From Rhizaria sp. SCN 62-66 (taxonomy: Eukaryota): a stretch of DNA of 64,000 nt. The stretch covers positions 1-64,000 of the forward strand of contig MEDY01000050.1 in NCBI GenBank assembly GCA_001724265.1, given 5' to 3'. The notes beneath the pieces were generated by a model that saw only the letters and a list, made by a program, of their open reading frames with translations, did no database searches and was not told where the DNA came from. A program made the translations under genes and the position numbers. Below are positions 21,835 through 35,806 of this stretch, one piece after another. Each line of letters opens with the position of its first letter. Position 1 is the first letter of the stretch.

Positions 21835-24774
21835 ATGCCTGTCTCTACGCTGCAGGACTTCGAGATTCTCGGCGTCCTGGGCCAGGGCAGCTTTGGCAAG
21901 GTCTTCCGCGTGCGCCGCCGCGTCGACAACGGAGTCTATGTGCTCAAACAAGTCTCCATCGCCGAGCTGTCACCGCGCGAACAGCAAGAGGCGATCAACG
22001 AGGTCCAGATTATGGCCAGCGTCTCCTCGCCTTATGTTGTCCGCTATTATGACTCGTTTATCGACCAGGGCTGTCTAAACATCATCATGGAGCTGTGCGA
22101 AGGCGGCGACTTACACCACCTGCTGCGCTCGCTCGCAGCGCAGGGCCGCTTCCTTTCTGACGCCATGGTGTGGTACATCTTCATCCAAGTCGCGCTGGGG
22201 CTGCATGCGCTGCACTCGCAACACATCCTGCACCGCGACCTCAAGAGCATGAACGTCTTCATCTCGCACACGCCGCCACCCGACTGCCTCGCCGAGCTCT
22301 ACCCAAACAGCCCCCGCAGCAGTAGCAGCAGCAGCAACAGTAGCGGCAACAACAACAGTGCTGACGGCACGGTCGGCCAGTCGCCGCCCCCAACGGCGCC
22401 GTTCACGGTCAAAATCGGCGATCTGGGCGTCGCCAAGGTCCTGCAGGGCAGCACCAAGTTCGCGCACACGCTCATCGGCACGCCTTACTACCTCTCGCCG
22501 GAGCTGTGCCAGGACAAGCCCTACAACGCCAAGTCAGACGTGTGGGCGCTGGGCTGCATCCTTTACGAGCTGTGCTCGCTGACGTACCCCTTCACGGCTG
22601 TGAACCAGGGCGCGCTCGTGCTCAAGATCATCCGCGGGGAGCTCGCTGCGCCGCTGTCTAAGACGCGATACTCGGCGCACACGCGCGCGGCCGTCGAGGC
22701 GCTGCTGCGGCGCAGCGCGGCGGCGCGGCCCTCGGTGGCGCGCGTGCTGCGCGCGCCCGCGCTTCTGGCCCGGGCTGAGGCCGTGGGGCTCCGGTTCCCG
22801 CTCCCGCCGCTACCCGCCGGCGAGGCCGACGGTGGCGGTCACGGTCACGGTCACTCTGCTGCTGCTGCCAAGGGCAGGAGCTGTGTTGTGACTGCGGGCG
22901 CCAGTGCCAGTGCGGGGGTGGGGAAGCAGAGGGTGAGGCCTGGGGTTGCGCAGAAGCAGCAGAAACAGCAACTGCAGCAGCAGCCTGGGGTTGTGAAGCG
23001 TCGCGTAATAGGCAAAGAACAGCCGCAAAAGCAGAAGCCGCCACAGCAGGGCAACGCTGTCGGCAACAGCAACGTTGGTTTTGCGGCCGCGAGTCCCCGC
23101 AACACGAGCGCCGTGGTCAACGGCGTCGGCGTGGTCGGCGCAGCGGGCGCGGGCGGCAACGGGGCTTTTGCGCTGCAGTCGTACGTCAGCGACCCGGCCG
23201 ACTACGACAACAACTACCCCGCCAATGTCGGCAGCGTGAATAGCAACGACGACGATAACAGTAGCGGTGTTGATGTCAGCAACAGCATCGCCAATAGCGA
23301 GAGTATCGCCGTCAGTGATGACAGTGGCAGAACCGATGTGGGGCCCTTTGGCACGATCGTTGCGCACAAGCCCATCAACAGCAATAGTAGTTGTAACGTC
23401 AATGTGAGTGTGAATGCGAATGCGAATGTGAACAGTACCGCTTTAAGTGCTTCTGGCACTCGCGTGGTGACGAGCGCCACGTGGCTTGGCCCTCCCAGCC
23501 GCACCAGCAGCAATAACACTCTCAACAGCAACAGCAACAACAACAGCGCTCTCGCAAGCAGCAGCGCGCGCGCCGCCTCTGTCTCTGCCCTTAACGCCAA
23601 CGCCGCCGCGCTCGCTGCAATCAACGCTAGCGCTGCCGCGGCCACCATCAAGGCGGCCAATGCTGCCGCTGCTGCTGCTGCCGCGGCTGCTGCTGCTGCC
23701 AATACTGCTGCTGCCGCGGCTGTCATTGGGGCCGTTGCGAGCGAGGATGATTACGACGACGAATATGATGATGACTTTGATGTGTTTGACGAAAACACGC
23801 CCGCTAACACGATTAACAACAACAGCAACGCGCAGAACAACAACAGCGGCGCTAAAGCTTCGGATGTGCCGCTGTTTAGAAGCTCGATCAACAACAGCAG
23901 CAGCAAGAATAGCGCCGACAGTGTAAGTGCTCCTTACACTATGAACACCAACGTCGCCGTCGAGCCCATCCCTGAAGTCATCTCCGCACGCTTGCAGGCG
24001 CATGCCAACGCTAACGCCTCAAAGGCACAGTCCAACGCAAACATTGGCGACGCGCCCGTGCTCTGGGGCAGCGACGACGTGCCGCTGTACAAGAAGCAGG
24101 CCTCAGCGGGCAACTCGTCGCGTGTGACTGTGGGCGGGGCGCCCGCCGCGGCCACTCCCCGATCGGCGAGCGCGCTCACGGTCACCCAGACAGGCGCGAA
24201 CGGGGAGCGCATCAGTGTGAACAAGGAGCTGTTTGCCTCCGTGTTCGGCTCGACTCTCGCGCTCAACAATAACAACAGTAGCAGCAACAGCAACAGCAAC
24301 AGCAACATGAGTGACGCTAAGGCTGAGACGAAGACCAACAACAGTGCTCATACTGCTGTCAATTCGAGTGCCAATATCAAGCCGATTGTGTTCCGTTCTG
24401 CTCACCCTGGTGGGAATGCGAGTGCAAGCACTGCGAAGGCGATAGACAACGGCAACGTGAGTGTTATTGTCGCGAGCCACAGGCGCGGCTCCGACGAAAT
24501 CGGCAGCGACGACGACGACAATGACGGCGAGAACGGTGAAGACGTTGGCGACGCCGTTCACGACGACGGTGATGGCGATGACGGCGACACCCAGGACTAC
24601 TTCGACGACTACGAGGATGACGGTAACGACGACGACGACGACGACTTCGACGACGACGGAAAACTGGCCCTTTCCCTGGCCGACCACTACCTCCACACGG
24701 CTCCCACCGCTGACCAGAGCCAGAGCCAGAGCCAATTCCCCACCCCCTCCAGTCAGTCCCCGTACAGCGAGACC

Positions 24775-24806
<32 letters not shown>

Positions 24807-25149
24807 GTCAGCCAGCCAATCCCCCGCGCACTGCCACCCGCTGTCTGCGCGCGCGCGGTCGGCGGCGGCCGCTGTGCGCGCGCTGCACGGCGCCGCGCTG
24901 GCGCTCTGCGGCGGCCCCGCAGCCGAGGCCGCGTTCCTCGAGCTGCACGCGCACATCGCCGCCGTCGTCCGCGAGGAACAAGCTCTGGCGGGCCGCGGCG
25001 GTGACGATGCTGACGCAGAGGCGGGGGCGCTGGGGGCCGGGGACGGCGGCGCGGCAGGGGTGCACGTGGTGACCGTGATGCGCCGACTGGTCAACAAGGA
25101 GAGGGAGTTGATGGAGCTGCACTACCACATCGCGGAGAACGGCAACTAA
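21835..25149 (+). CDS. NIMA-related (NEK) serine/threonine kinase with long low-complexity tail
   Basis: GQGSFG, YVLKQ, EAINEVQIM, HRDLKSMN, KIGDLGVAK, GTPYYLSPELCQDKPYNAKSDVWALGC are typical NEK subdomains. Single exon, ends TAA. Confidence 0.95.
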
Positions 25150-25598
25150 ACTCGACGAATGCATCGCAATACTGGAACATTGATGTAGCGGGATGCAGAG
25201 TCTATAAACGACGATACCATAATGACAAAAGCTTACCTAGAGTGTTTTTTATGTGAATACAACAAGAATTATCTATGGCGATGCAATGATGTTTTTTCAA
25301 ACTAAAATTAGGTGTGTTTGAGAAGTGTACAAATTTGTAACCTGTAATATTTTTTTTCGTCAAAGGTAGAGATTGTATTTTCAGATTTAAAAATGCCGAT
25401 CTCAATAAAACGATTGTATTTAAGAATGAAATTATTTTGGATATGCACTTTACCATCTGGCCATTTCAATAAAAATAGAAAGAATATACATCTATGAAAG
25501 AGTAACATATATCTGGCCCTTTCTCAAATCTGTTATAAAACAATGTTTGTGCTCCGAATGCGCCACGTGAACATTCGCGCGGATTGTCACGACATCGC

Positions 25599-27270
25599 TC
25601 AATCCTTCTTCGCAGCCGGCTGGCCCTGCTGCTGCTGCTGCTGCTGCCCCTGACCCTGCTGGCCCTGTTGGCCCTGGCCCTGCTGCTCGGGGGGGTTGGT
25701 CATGGCGGAAAAGATGCTCATGAGGAAGAACGGCAGCAGATACATCCAGTACTTGGCCAGGAAGCCGCGGTCGTCCACCGGGGCCGCCGTGTCCGGCGCG
25801 GGCGCCACGTTGATCGGCGGGTGGGGCTCGGCTGTAGTAATAAACAACAATGAAACAACAACGCAGTAACAACGGACGTAACATGTTCAGCGATATTTCA
25901 TTGGTTTTAAGATATCTTGATGTAAAAACAAGACGAAATATCACTATCACAAAAATATTGCGACATCGAATAAAATTAACAAAAAAAATGCAATTTCAGA
26001 TATCGTATCAGTGAAATCTTCGTAATAGTGAGGGAGACGTACTGTTGCCCATGGTGACGGCCTTGCCGCCGTCCTTGGGAGAGCGCACACGCACGGTCGA
26101 CTCGAACTTAAGCACGGGAGCGCTGCCGCCGACGCTGTCGGCGGTGACAAGCGCCTTGTTGAGCTGCGACAGCGCCTGGCTGCACAGGGCCGTCACGCGC
26201 GGGCGCGTCGGCGACGGGGGGATGCTGGAAAGAAGAACACAATTGAGAAGATATAATACGTTAGATTAATATAAACTACATGTAATTCTCAAGCTTCATC
26301 TTCATAACTCGCGATATTTGAGTTCAAGTCAACGTACTTGTAGTAGGCCCCGGCGATGGTGCCAGCGGCGGTGACGTCGAGCACAAGACTCTCCTTGCCA
26401 GCAGCAACCGCGCCCGCGGCCAGCGGCGACGCGAGCAGCGAGCACAGCGACGCCGTGACCGTGGCGGACGCGCCCGTTTCGGGGTCCGTGAGGCGGATGC
26501 GGTAGTGGGGACCGACGAGCGCGGCGTCGGTAGGGCGGGCCTGAGCAACGAGCACGAAAGCACAAAGAAACAACAACAAAAAACATGAGATATATGAGGC
26601 ATGATATAAACTCCATGACAAGAAGTAAAACTATTTTAAAACAACATTGAATACATTATAAAACGATAAAAACAATATTTCCCCAGATATAAGTTAGATA
26701 TTCTTGATTTAGTGATTTGGTAGAGCGTACCTCATCGACGGCGGCGCCGGCGGAGGCGAGCGCAGCGGACTCGACCTGCAGCGCCTGCGCGAGCGCGCGC
26801 GCTGTGTCGGCCGTAAGCACCAGCGCGGGCAGGTCCGCGGAGCCGAACCGCGGGCCCGCGGCGGATACGGCGGCTACGGACGTGGAGAGCGAGGGCAACG
26901 CGACTGTGGCGCTGCCGGCGCCGCGGGGGACGAAGGCGCGGAACGAGGCCGGGTAGTCGCCGCCCGCAGCGCCCGTAAGGGAAGGGAAGAAGAACTGGTG
27001 CTCAATCGTCATGGTGAACTGGGTCCTCTCGGGGAGGATGGGCGCTGGGGCCGATGCGGCCGGCGCGGGGACAGCAGCAGCAGCAACAGCAGAACCAACA
27101 GCGGAAACAGTAGCGGCGACGGTGGCGGGCTTCTTTCCTGCGACAACAGGGGCCGGAGCGGACGAGACAACTGCAGCAGGCGCTGCCTTAACGGGGGCGT
27201 CGGGGACTGAGAACGCAACGGCGTTGCCGAGCATGAGCGCGGTGGCGAGGACGAGGAACGTCAGGCGCAT
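25599..27270 (-). CDS. EMC10: ER membrane protein complex subunit 10
   Basis: complement join(27270..26731,26540..26338,26224..26043,25831..25599), 385 aa, frame kept at all three GTACGY..CAG introns. Signal peptide, YRIRL, SLCSLLAS..KESLVLDV and the C-terminal signature FLAKYWMYLLP. Ends TGA. Confidence 0.88.
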
Positions 27271-27678
27271 TGACGGCTGTTGGAAGTGAGGAGGCAAGGT
27301 GACGAAACATAGATTTTAGCACGAAATGCATCGTTCTTCAAAAAATCAAAAATAATAGTAATACTTAAACACAATTTAATGTGGATTATTCAATCTACAG
27401 TCAGACTGACGCTCATACTGCGGAGATATTCAGGTTTCAAATCGAGCACTCTTGCTCCGCTTTTATCCGAGCTCCACCACAAACGCTGTCGCACTTTGAT
27501 CTCACGCAATAATTGAAGCATATGTCACTTAAAATAGTGTTTTATTGCAATAAAAATTATAAACTTTAATATTTGTTACAAAAATAAATAAGATGAATAT
27601 GTTAAAACTCGGATAAGTTGATAAAAGTGCGATTGAAAATGATAAAGTGATACTACGTCATACGTAGTGAAAGTGCGT

Positions 27679-30648
27679 TTAATGCCTCTTGTGTGCGTGC
27701 TTGCCTGCCTTAAAGTCCTTCTCCACAGCCCGCACCGCGGCAACCACGATTTCGTTTGCGGGCGTGGGCACCCCCAGCTCGCGGCCCCAGCGCACGATCT
27801 GCTCGTTGATGTAGCCGATCTCGGTGTCGGCCCGCGCCAGCACGTCTGACAGCATCGAGCTAGTGTTATTGACGGTGCGCGCGCAGATCAGCCGCACCGA
27901 GTCCAGCGCGGCGTTCACCTCGCCCACACTCACTGCCGCACTCGCATTCACAGTCACGTCGCGGGTGCTTGCACTGGAAGGATTGTTTGCGTTCGTGCTA
28001 ATGCACTGCTCTTGCGCTTCTGGTTGCGGCTGCTGCTGGGGTTGGGGGAAGAGAGTCACGCCCTGGGTCTTGGCCACGGTCACCGCCTCGGTCACCAGCG
28101 CGCGCACAAACACCGGGTCCAGCCCCGAGTCGCGTGTAAGCGCCTCGGTCGCCGCGGCCGTCTTAACGGCGCCGGCCCGGCAATGCGGCAGCAGCCACAG
28201 GGGGGCGACGGCGGCGAAGTTGCAGTGACTGTGATCACTCACAGCGCTGCTGCTCTCGTTCTTGATATTGCTGTTGCTGCTGTTGCAGCTATCGCTCGCG
28301 CTACGTGCGTTGAGGAAGTCGTGCTCGGTGGTCTCGAGCGCGGCGGTGAGGGGCGCCACCAGAGTCCCGTTCTTGCCCCTCGTCAGCGCGGTCAGCGGGT
28401 TGATCACGCAGTTGGCCAGCAGCTTGCGCCACACAACCACGTTCTCGGAGAAGTTAGACCGCGGCAGCTGAGACAACAGGGAGCATGGTGACTGTGGGTC
28501 TGAGGTCGCGGCTTGCATCTCGTTGCGGACACTGACGAAAGTCTTGCTGTTGATGCGAGCGTTTGCCGGAGAGGAATAGGTCAGTTTGGCAGTCACCGAC
28601 GACTGAGCAAAGCAATTGGACATGATTGCAGTCAGAACCTCCGCAGGACTCACGGTCACTTCGCCGTTGCTCACGGTCACCTGCGAAAAAGAAGGGGGTT
28701 CGCAGATGACTGTGTCGCCCCAGCCAGTGATCGTGAGCACCAGAGGATGAGGGACCGTGGGCGCCACAGGTAACCCATGAGCACCCGCAGGTGCCGCAGC
28801 CGGGGTGACTGTGGGCAGGACGATCGCACCCATCGCAGTCGTACCCAACAGCACGATAGGGCCCTCTTCATCGCTGCTGCTGCTGCTGCTCTTGCTGTGG
28901 TTGTTGTTGTTGCTGTTGTTGTTACTGTTGTTGTTGTTGTTGTGGTGGTGGTGGTGAGTTTTGTCGCTGTGAGATGGCGATGACGAGGAAGAGGAGTGCA
29001 TGATCATTTTTAGGTCCCGCTCCATGGTGTCCCTGTGCCCTGCGCCGTTCATCAAACATAGCAGCACGCCGCGGCGGCGCATCGTGCGCACGGCAGCGCC
29101 CCACCCGCAGTCGCCGCCACTGCTCACAGCCGTCTGGTGCTCACGGTCACTTGTCGACCGTCGCTGCTCACGGTCACTCGCAGCTGAACCACTGTCACCG
29201 TGACCGTGCCCGTGACCGTGACCAACGTGGCTGTGGCCGTGGCCGTGGTTGCCATAGCCCAGCGCCCGAGCGGCAGCAGTGACCGCGGTTGACAGACGGT
29301 CGGTGCCCTTTGTCATGATAATTGCAACATCAATGGGGGCGTCCGCCGCCCTCGCAGTAGCGCCAGCGCCAGGAGCAGTGCGCGGGCTAATGCAGGTTGC
29401 GTTGTTTGTGTTGCTGTTGCTGTTTTTGTGACTGCCGCGGCTGTTGTTGTAGAGCGGAGTGACAGGGTAATGACGCACACACAAAGCAGGAGCAACAGCA
29501 ACAGTTGCATTCGCAGTGGCAGCTTTCTCAGATCCCACAGACACTTGCTCAGTACTCATGGTCACTTGTTCTGAGCCCACGGTCACCCAGCGGCCCTCGA
29601 ACGCGGCGGGGTCCGCGTCCACGTCTGCCGCCACCTCAGCGACCGCCGCGGCCTCAGCGGCCAGTTTAGCCAGCAGCGCCGCCGCGGCACCGCGCACCGG
29701 GCACTCGCCGCCCTCGGCAACCGTGAGCAGCGGCGGAGTGACCGCGGGCGAAGCGCCGACGCTGCCACTGACCAGCGGGTCGCTGTTGGTAGTTACCCCA
29801 GCGACTGTGGTGGTGGGGAGTCTGGTGGCGAAAACGAGCCCTCGGTGCGCCTCGATGCGGGCCGCCAGCGCGGTGGCGCGCGATGGCGCGGCCTGGGCGG
29901 CGGCCACGTGCTCAGTCGTCACGTGTCCGGTGGTGTCGTTGTTGATAGTTGGACTGTGGGAAGGTGCTGGAGTGTCGCAGTAGAGAGAGGAGGAGGCGAT
30001 GTGGGGCGAGTCGACGGCCAGTAGGGCCGAGACGAAGGTGCCCATCGCGCCAGTGCCTAAAATACCCAAGTAGAAAACGACGCAGAGACAGAACGAAGCG
30101 GATTAGAGGACCGTGTTGCATTGCGTGATGAGATGACAAAACAAATGACAAGGAGAGCTGAAAATATCAAAAACAAAATGCAACGTCATATCAAGCTAAA
30201 ACACAATAATACTACGCCTTAATATACTCTAAAATATAATTTTCACAATAATCCTGTTTTGTCATAAAAAGTGGCCAGAGTAGCGCATAAATCGAGGATA
30301 CGTACCGAAAGTGCCGACTCGAAGCCGTTCATATCTAGTCTCGCCTCTCGGAGCGAGAGTATACGACGAAGACGACATGTTAGCGTTCGCAGAGTTGATG
30401 TTAATGAGTAAAGCGTAGCGGGAGACAAGATGAGGGCGGGCGGCGCGGCCGCGGAACTGCTGTGCCGCGTAAACTGCAGTCGCAGTGGGAGCTGAGACTG
30501 GCGAAGTTGAGGAAGCGCCGAGCGCGGCACTGCTGCGAGGCGCGAACGCGGACAAGAACGAGGCGGGAAGAGTGCGGAGTGCAAGGAATGGGCGCAGATA
30601 AGCGGGGCGGGCGACAGCGTGCACGGCGCGCAAGCGCGGAGAGAGCAT
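27679..30648 (-). CDS. panE: 2-dehydropantoate 2-reductase (ketopantoate reductase, PanE/ApbA family) with N-terminal presequence, ~906 aa
   Basis: complement join(30648..30306,30056..27679). Splicing rebuilds the Rossmann motif RVGTFGTGAMG. Also IIMTK, LCLMNGAGH, WRKLLANCVINPLTAL (catalytic Lys) and NTSSMLSDV...TEIGYINEQIV (catalytic Glu). Ends TAA. Confidence 0.88.
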
Positions 30649-31352
30649 AGGCGGGGCAACGGGAGTGAGGGTGGGGGTAGACTGTGGCGAAGGTTTAGGC
30701 GAGGTGAGAGCGCCAAGATAACTAAATTGGGTACAGCGAGACACAGTGTCCGTAAAACGAAGTGCAATAACAATATAATATGTTCATTGGAGAATCAAAA
30801 ATTCACACTAAATTAACACTTCTGAGAACGTGTTTGCATGCATATCAATCGTGTGATCCTACTTGACTCAACGGCTTCACCGTCCACCCGACGCCCGCGA
30901 AAAGCGCGCTTACTTTCAACCTCGTAACTCTTTACAAGCACTCTGCTTTTGTAGATCATTATTTGTGTTGCTACCAAAACTTAGATTTATCTCTGTCTGT
31001 TCTGGTTTCAGCGCTTTATCAGTTTCCGATCTTCTCATATCCCCCGTTTGTCGCTCATGACCGCTCCCTCTCGCTCACACCTCTGTCACTCTCTCTTCCC
31101 GCGGTTGCTCTGCCTCGATTTACCTCCTCTCAGCCGACCAAGGCATTACCGTAGCCTTGCCCGCCATCTGCACGTGCGTCCTGTGGTCTAGTGAGCGCGC
31201 CTCAGCCCCACCGCCCGTCCCCCACCGCGGCCCTGTCCAAGTCACGCTTGGACTGACCGCCCGCTTCTGTCCAAACTTCCCCCCCTTCCCTCTGCGCCAC
31301 ACAGCGCAGGTCTAACGCCAGCGAGCCCCTTCGCCGTCTTTCCGCGCGCACC

Positions 31353-34300
31353 ATGGACCCCGCGAACAACCACCTGAAGATCTGCTAGTCGATTGACCCG
31401 GTCCTCTTGATTCTCAGGGCGGAGCATCAGCACCAGCAGCAGCCGCACCGTGGGGCGGCGCTCTTGCCGCAGAAGACGATCGAAAACATGATCGATCGGT
31501 ACGTTTCCCGCTTTAAAATGACACAAACTGACCGCATTTCACTAACATAACACGTTTTGTAAAACAATCGACTGTTTTTATTTCATTATCTCTCTTTCTT
31601 CATTTGCGTGTATCTCATGTTTGTTCTTCGACTCTCTCCTTGTTGTTGGATGCATCTTGGCTTCATGTCTTTTGTCGCTCGGGTGTAGCCTGGAGTACTA
31701 CAAGGCCTACGGACAGCAGTACCAGCGCGGCAACCCGGCGGCGCCCGTGACGTTTGACCAGCAGGGCATCACGGAGGTAAGTACCATCTTCAACGAAGTG
31801 AACAGGCTGTCGCAGTTGCAGCAGCAGCGCCAGCGCCAGCAGGAGCAGCAGCACCAGCAGCACCAGCAGCACCAGCAATATCAGTCGCAGCAGCAGCAGT
31901 ATCAGCAGCAGCAGCAATACCAGCAGCAACAGCAGCAACAGCAGCGGCAGCAGCAGCAGTATCAGCATCAGTACGCCGCCCCAGTCTCCACCGCTGTCCC
32001 AGTCAACATCAACATGAACATGAACCTGAACATGGCTGCGACAAACGGCGGCACGTATGCGCATCAGCCCTACGCTGCCCCCGTGGCCGCTCCCCACGGC
32101 CACCCCGCTACTCACGGTCACCCAGGTGCCCACGGTCACGCGTACTACCCCCAACAGCAGCAACAACAACAACACCAGCAGCAGCTGTACAACAACAATA
32201 ACACGATCAATAACATCAACGCCAACGGCGGCAACGGCGCGATTGTCAACCTGAGCATGAACATGAACCCCCACCCCCATGCCCACGGCCACAGCCACGG
32301 CCAGGCTCCAACAGGCTACCCCCCTTACGCGTCCATCGCGGCCCCCGCCCCCGGCACCGGCAACGCGGGCGTGCCGATCCCCTCGACGACGGCGACTGCT
32401 GCCGGCATGGGCGGTGTGGCGGCGAACGGGCCGCCACCAATGATGATGGCGACAAACCCAATGACGGCGGGCTCTGGGGCAGGGTCGGCGGCTGTGGCGG
32501 GGCCGGGGGCGGGGGCCGGGGGGACTGAGGCCAAGGGCGATGCTTCCGCTCGCGTCGGCGCCAACCCCTTCACAAGTACCTCCGGCATCGGCACCGGTAC
32601 TGGCACAGGGACTGTCACGAGTACTGGTGGTACCTCTGAGAAAGCGATCTCGTCGAAGCTCTTCTCTCGCAACACGACCACCAGCAAGGTCTGGTCCGTC
32701 TCAGCCGTGACGTCGCGCCCCGCCCACAATCACTCGACCGCCCACGGTCACTCCCCTGCCCACGGTCACTCCGCCGCTGCTCACGGTCACGGGCACGGGC
32801 ACGCTGGGCACGGGCAGCAAATGCGGCCGCCGCAGCCGGGCGGTCATCGCAGCAGCGGCAGCGGCAAGATCGTCCACCTTGGCGACGGCGGCGGTGGCGG
32901 CGGCGGGGCCAATGTCGGGCTGCTGTCTTTCATTATCAACAGCCACCTGCCGGCCTCGGGCGCCGGCGCCGAGGCTGCGGCGGCGCAGGCTGAGGCCTTC
33001 GATAAGTACGTCCATCGCAACAACACTGCAGCAGCAGAAGTATATCAATGTCCATCAAACTGCCTTGGATTCATGAAATTCAATTAGTTTAGTAACAGCG
33101 GTCGCAGATGTCCGCCAAGTCGTTCTGTTTTATTGTTTTATTTTTAACATTGAAATATTTTCATGAAAGTATTTTCACTCGCTCTATTTTGAAAAACAAA
33201 TGCGTTATCTCGCCTCCAACAGACTCAACTACCCTCTGCTGCCTTTGCTTCACAAAGCAAGTGCGTTGAGCGAGAGTAACAAAGACAAAGAGCGCCTCAA
33301 GTTCATCGAGTCTGCCGTCTCAGCCCACTTAGCCGCTGTTGCTAAAAAGAGCAAGAGGAATGTCACCAAGAGCATGAAGGACCTCAACAACAACAATAAC
33401 AACAATCCGGATGATTTGGACGACGATGGCGAGGTTGACGGCTACATCAACAGCAGCAGTGCCGCCTACCCGTACCTCCCCTGCAATAGCGCCGAGTTTG
33501 ACTATGACAGTGACAGTGACGTGTTCCTGCGTTCCGTGATCCTCACTCACCTCGCCAATAAGGACCTCGCTCTAAGTACCCCCTTAGCTGCCGTGCCCGT
33601 CTTCAGCTCGCTGAGCGACCCCGCGCTGCCGGCGGCCGTGCGCGACGCAGTGGCGTCCCCGGCCAAGTACGAGGCCGAAGTGTGTCAGTACTACTTACAT
33701 CGCCGCGTCCCCAGCCCCTTACCCTTTCCCAACATGGTCTCGCTCGCATGCTGCGCGGACGCTATTCTTAACAGCTCTGCGGCGACAGCTACGACAACGA
33801 CTCCGATCTCAAACAGCAACAACAAAACCACTGTTGCTGCAGCTGCAGCTCCAGCCACAGCGACTGCGGCCGCTGAGACCCGATCAGCAGCAGCAACAGC
33901 GGCGGCGGCGCCTGCAGCGGCGACAGCGGCGCTGACCGAGGCTGCCCAATACGCCCTGGCCTTGTCGACCGCTGCGGCGACGGCGCACTACATGTACGGC
34001 CCTTTCTCAGCCTCCGCGGCCCCGCTGTCTTCGGCTTTGATCAATGTCGACCTTAGCACACCGGATGGCAAGTTGCTTTTGTCGGCGCCGCTGCTCGCCA
34101 TTTCCGCAGCCGACGCCGCCGCCTCGGTCCGCGCGCTCAGCGCCGCCGCCGCCGCCGCCGCGGGCCCGAGCGCCAACAGCAATAGTGCCAGTGGCAGAGC
34201 GAGTGGTGTCGTGAGCGCGGAGGCCGCGGCAGCCGCCGTAGAGGAGGCCCTAGCGGCGATCCGCGTCGAATACGGAATCACGCAGGACCCGAGATTGCCG

Positions 34301-35806
34301 CTCGACGCCACGGCGCTCAAAGTTGACCTGCGCGGCCTGACTTCTTACCCGGTGCGCCTACTTGCCCTGGCTCCCGCGCTGCGCGTCTCGGTCCCCACGC
34401 TGCCCAGCTCCGCGGGCGTGCTGGGGCTGGTGCCCGAGCGCGCGCGCTCGCACATCACGCGCTCGCTGGCCAAGCTTGAGGCGCACGGCATCGCGCCCGT
34501 CGTCTGCTGCAGCGACCCGCGCGCGCAGCTCATGGCCACCTTCGTCGGTGTCCAGGCGCTCGCGGGCATCACTGTTGCCACGCCCATGCCCGCGGACGCT
34601 AGCATCCGCGCCGTCTCGGCAGCGCACTTCGCGCCCCTGCCGGCCGAGGCGGCCGCGGCGGCGGCGGCGGCCGACCCTGTAGCTGCGGCGGCGGCGGCCA
34701 AGGCGCGCGCGCAGATCGCGGCAACGCTGAGCGCGGGCTGCTCGCTCGCGCCGACGACCTCCGCGCACACAGTACTGGCGCTCAACATCGAGCACGGCCA
34801 TCGCCTGCTGCGGCGCTGCGCCTCAGCCGCCGTGCCCACCGCGACGCCCTACCCGCCGGGCGCGCCGCCCGCGCCGACGCTGCTTGTGCTGGTCCGCACG
34901 CCGGTGACGGTGACGGACACTGCTGACGCGGAGCTGCGCCTGACGGTGCCGTCGGTGTTCATTCCCCTGCTGCCGTGTCTGGGCGTCGTCATTGACCTCG
35001 CGCGCGCCGGCACCGGTGTCCCCGCGGGCGAGACCACGGCGTTCGGCGTCCAGTCCTTCGCGTCGGTCCACGCCGCGCTGGCGGCGCAGCGGCGCGGGTT
35101 CGATACAGCGCCCGCGCCCGTGGACCGGTTCCTGCACGCGGCGTCCCTCTTTACCGTGGAGCGCGTGCGTGTGCTGCTCGACTTGTGTCTCCTCCGCACG
35201 CTCACCAGCGCCGTCGCAGAGCGCGTCCGCCTGGGTGCCGAAGCGCCCGCGCCGGGGACCGTGCTGTCGGACCGCACGCTGTCGACGCTGGGGCTGCTGT
35301 TCCTTAATCTGTGCACGGCAATCGTGGTCAAGGCCGACCGCATGCGCACGGGCGCGATTGGCGTCAACGGCGCCGCCAATAACACCGCCACCGGCACCGC
35401 TGGCGGCGCTGCTGGAGCTGGGAATGCGGAGCCGTTGCCGTCGGTGCTGGACTCGTGGCGGTACGCGCTGATGCGAGAGCGTGAACACCGGCTGGAGAAG
35501 CTCGCCGCGAGCGAGGTCGAGCTCTCAGCGCGGCTCACCGCAGCCTACGGGCACGGCGTCGTGTCGGGGCAGGTCACGCAGGGCCCGCTGGCCGAGGCGT
35601 TCCGCGCGCTGTGGGCCGCGTACGAGCGCGAGAAGGCGCAGTTCGCGCTCAGCGTGGCGCCGTACAAGGAGAAGGTCAGGGAGATGAAGAACGCGATCAT
35701 TGCCGCGCAGCAGCAGCAGGCGCAGCAGCAAGCGCAGGCCCAGGCCCAGGCGCAGGCTCAGCAACAGCAGCAGCAGCAACATGGGCAAGTGCCAGGTCAG
35801 GCGTGA
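31353..35806 (+). CDS. Uncharacterised polyQ/His-rich protein, ~1348 aa, with one in-frame TAG in exon 1
   Basis: join(31353..31498,31689..33005,33223..35806); both introns start GTACGT and keep frame. Exon 1 reads MDPANNHLKIC*SIDPVLLILRAEHQHQQQPH... with TAG at 31386. An alternative start at ATG 31488 would avoid the TAG. No family recognised. Ends TGA. Confidence 0.65.
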
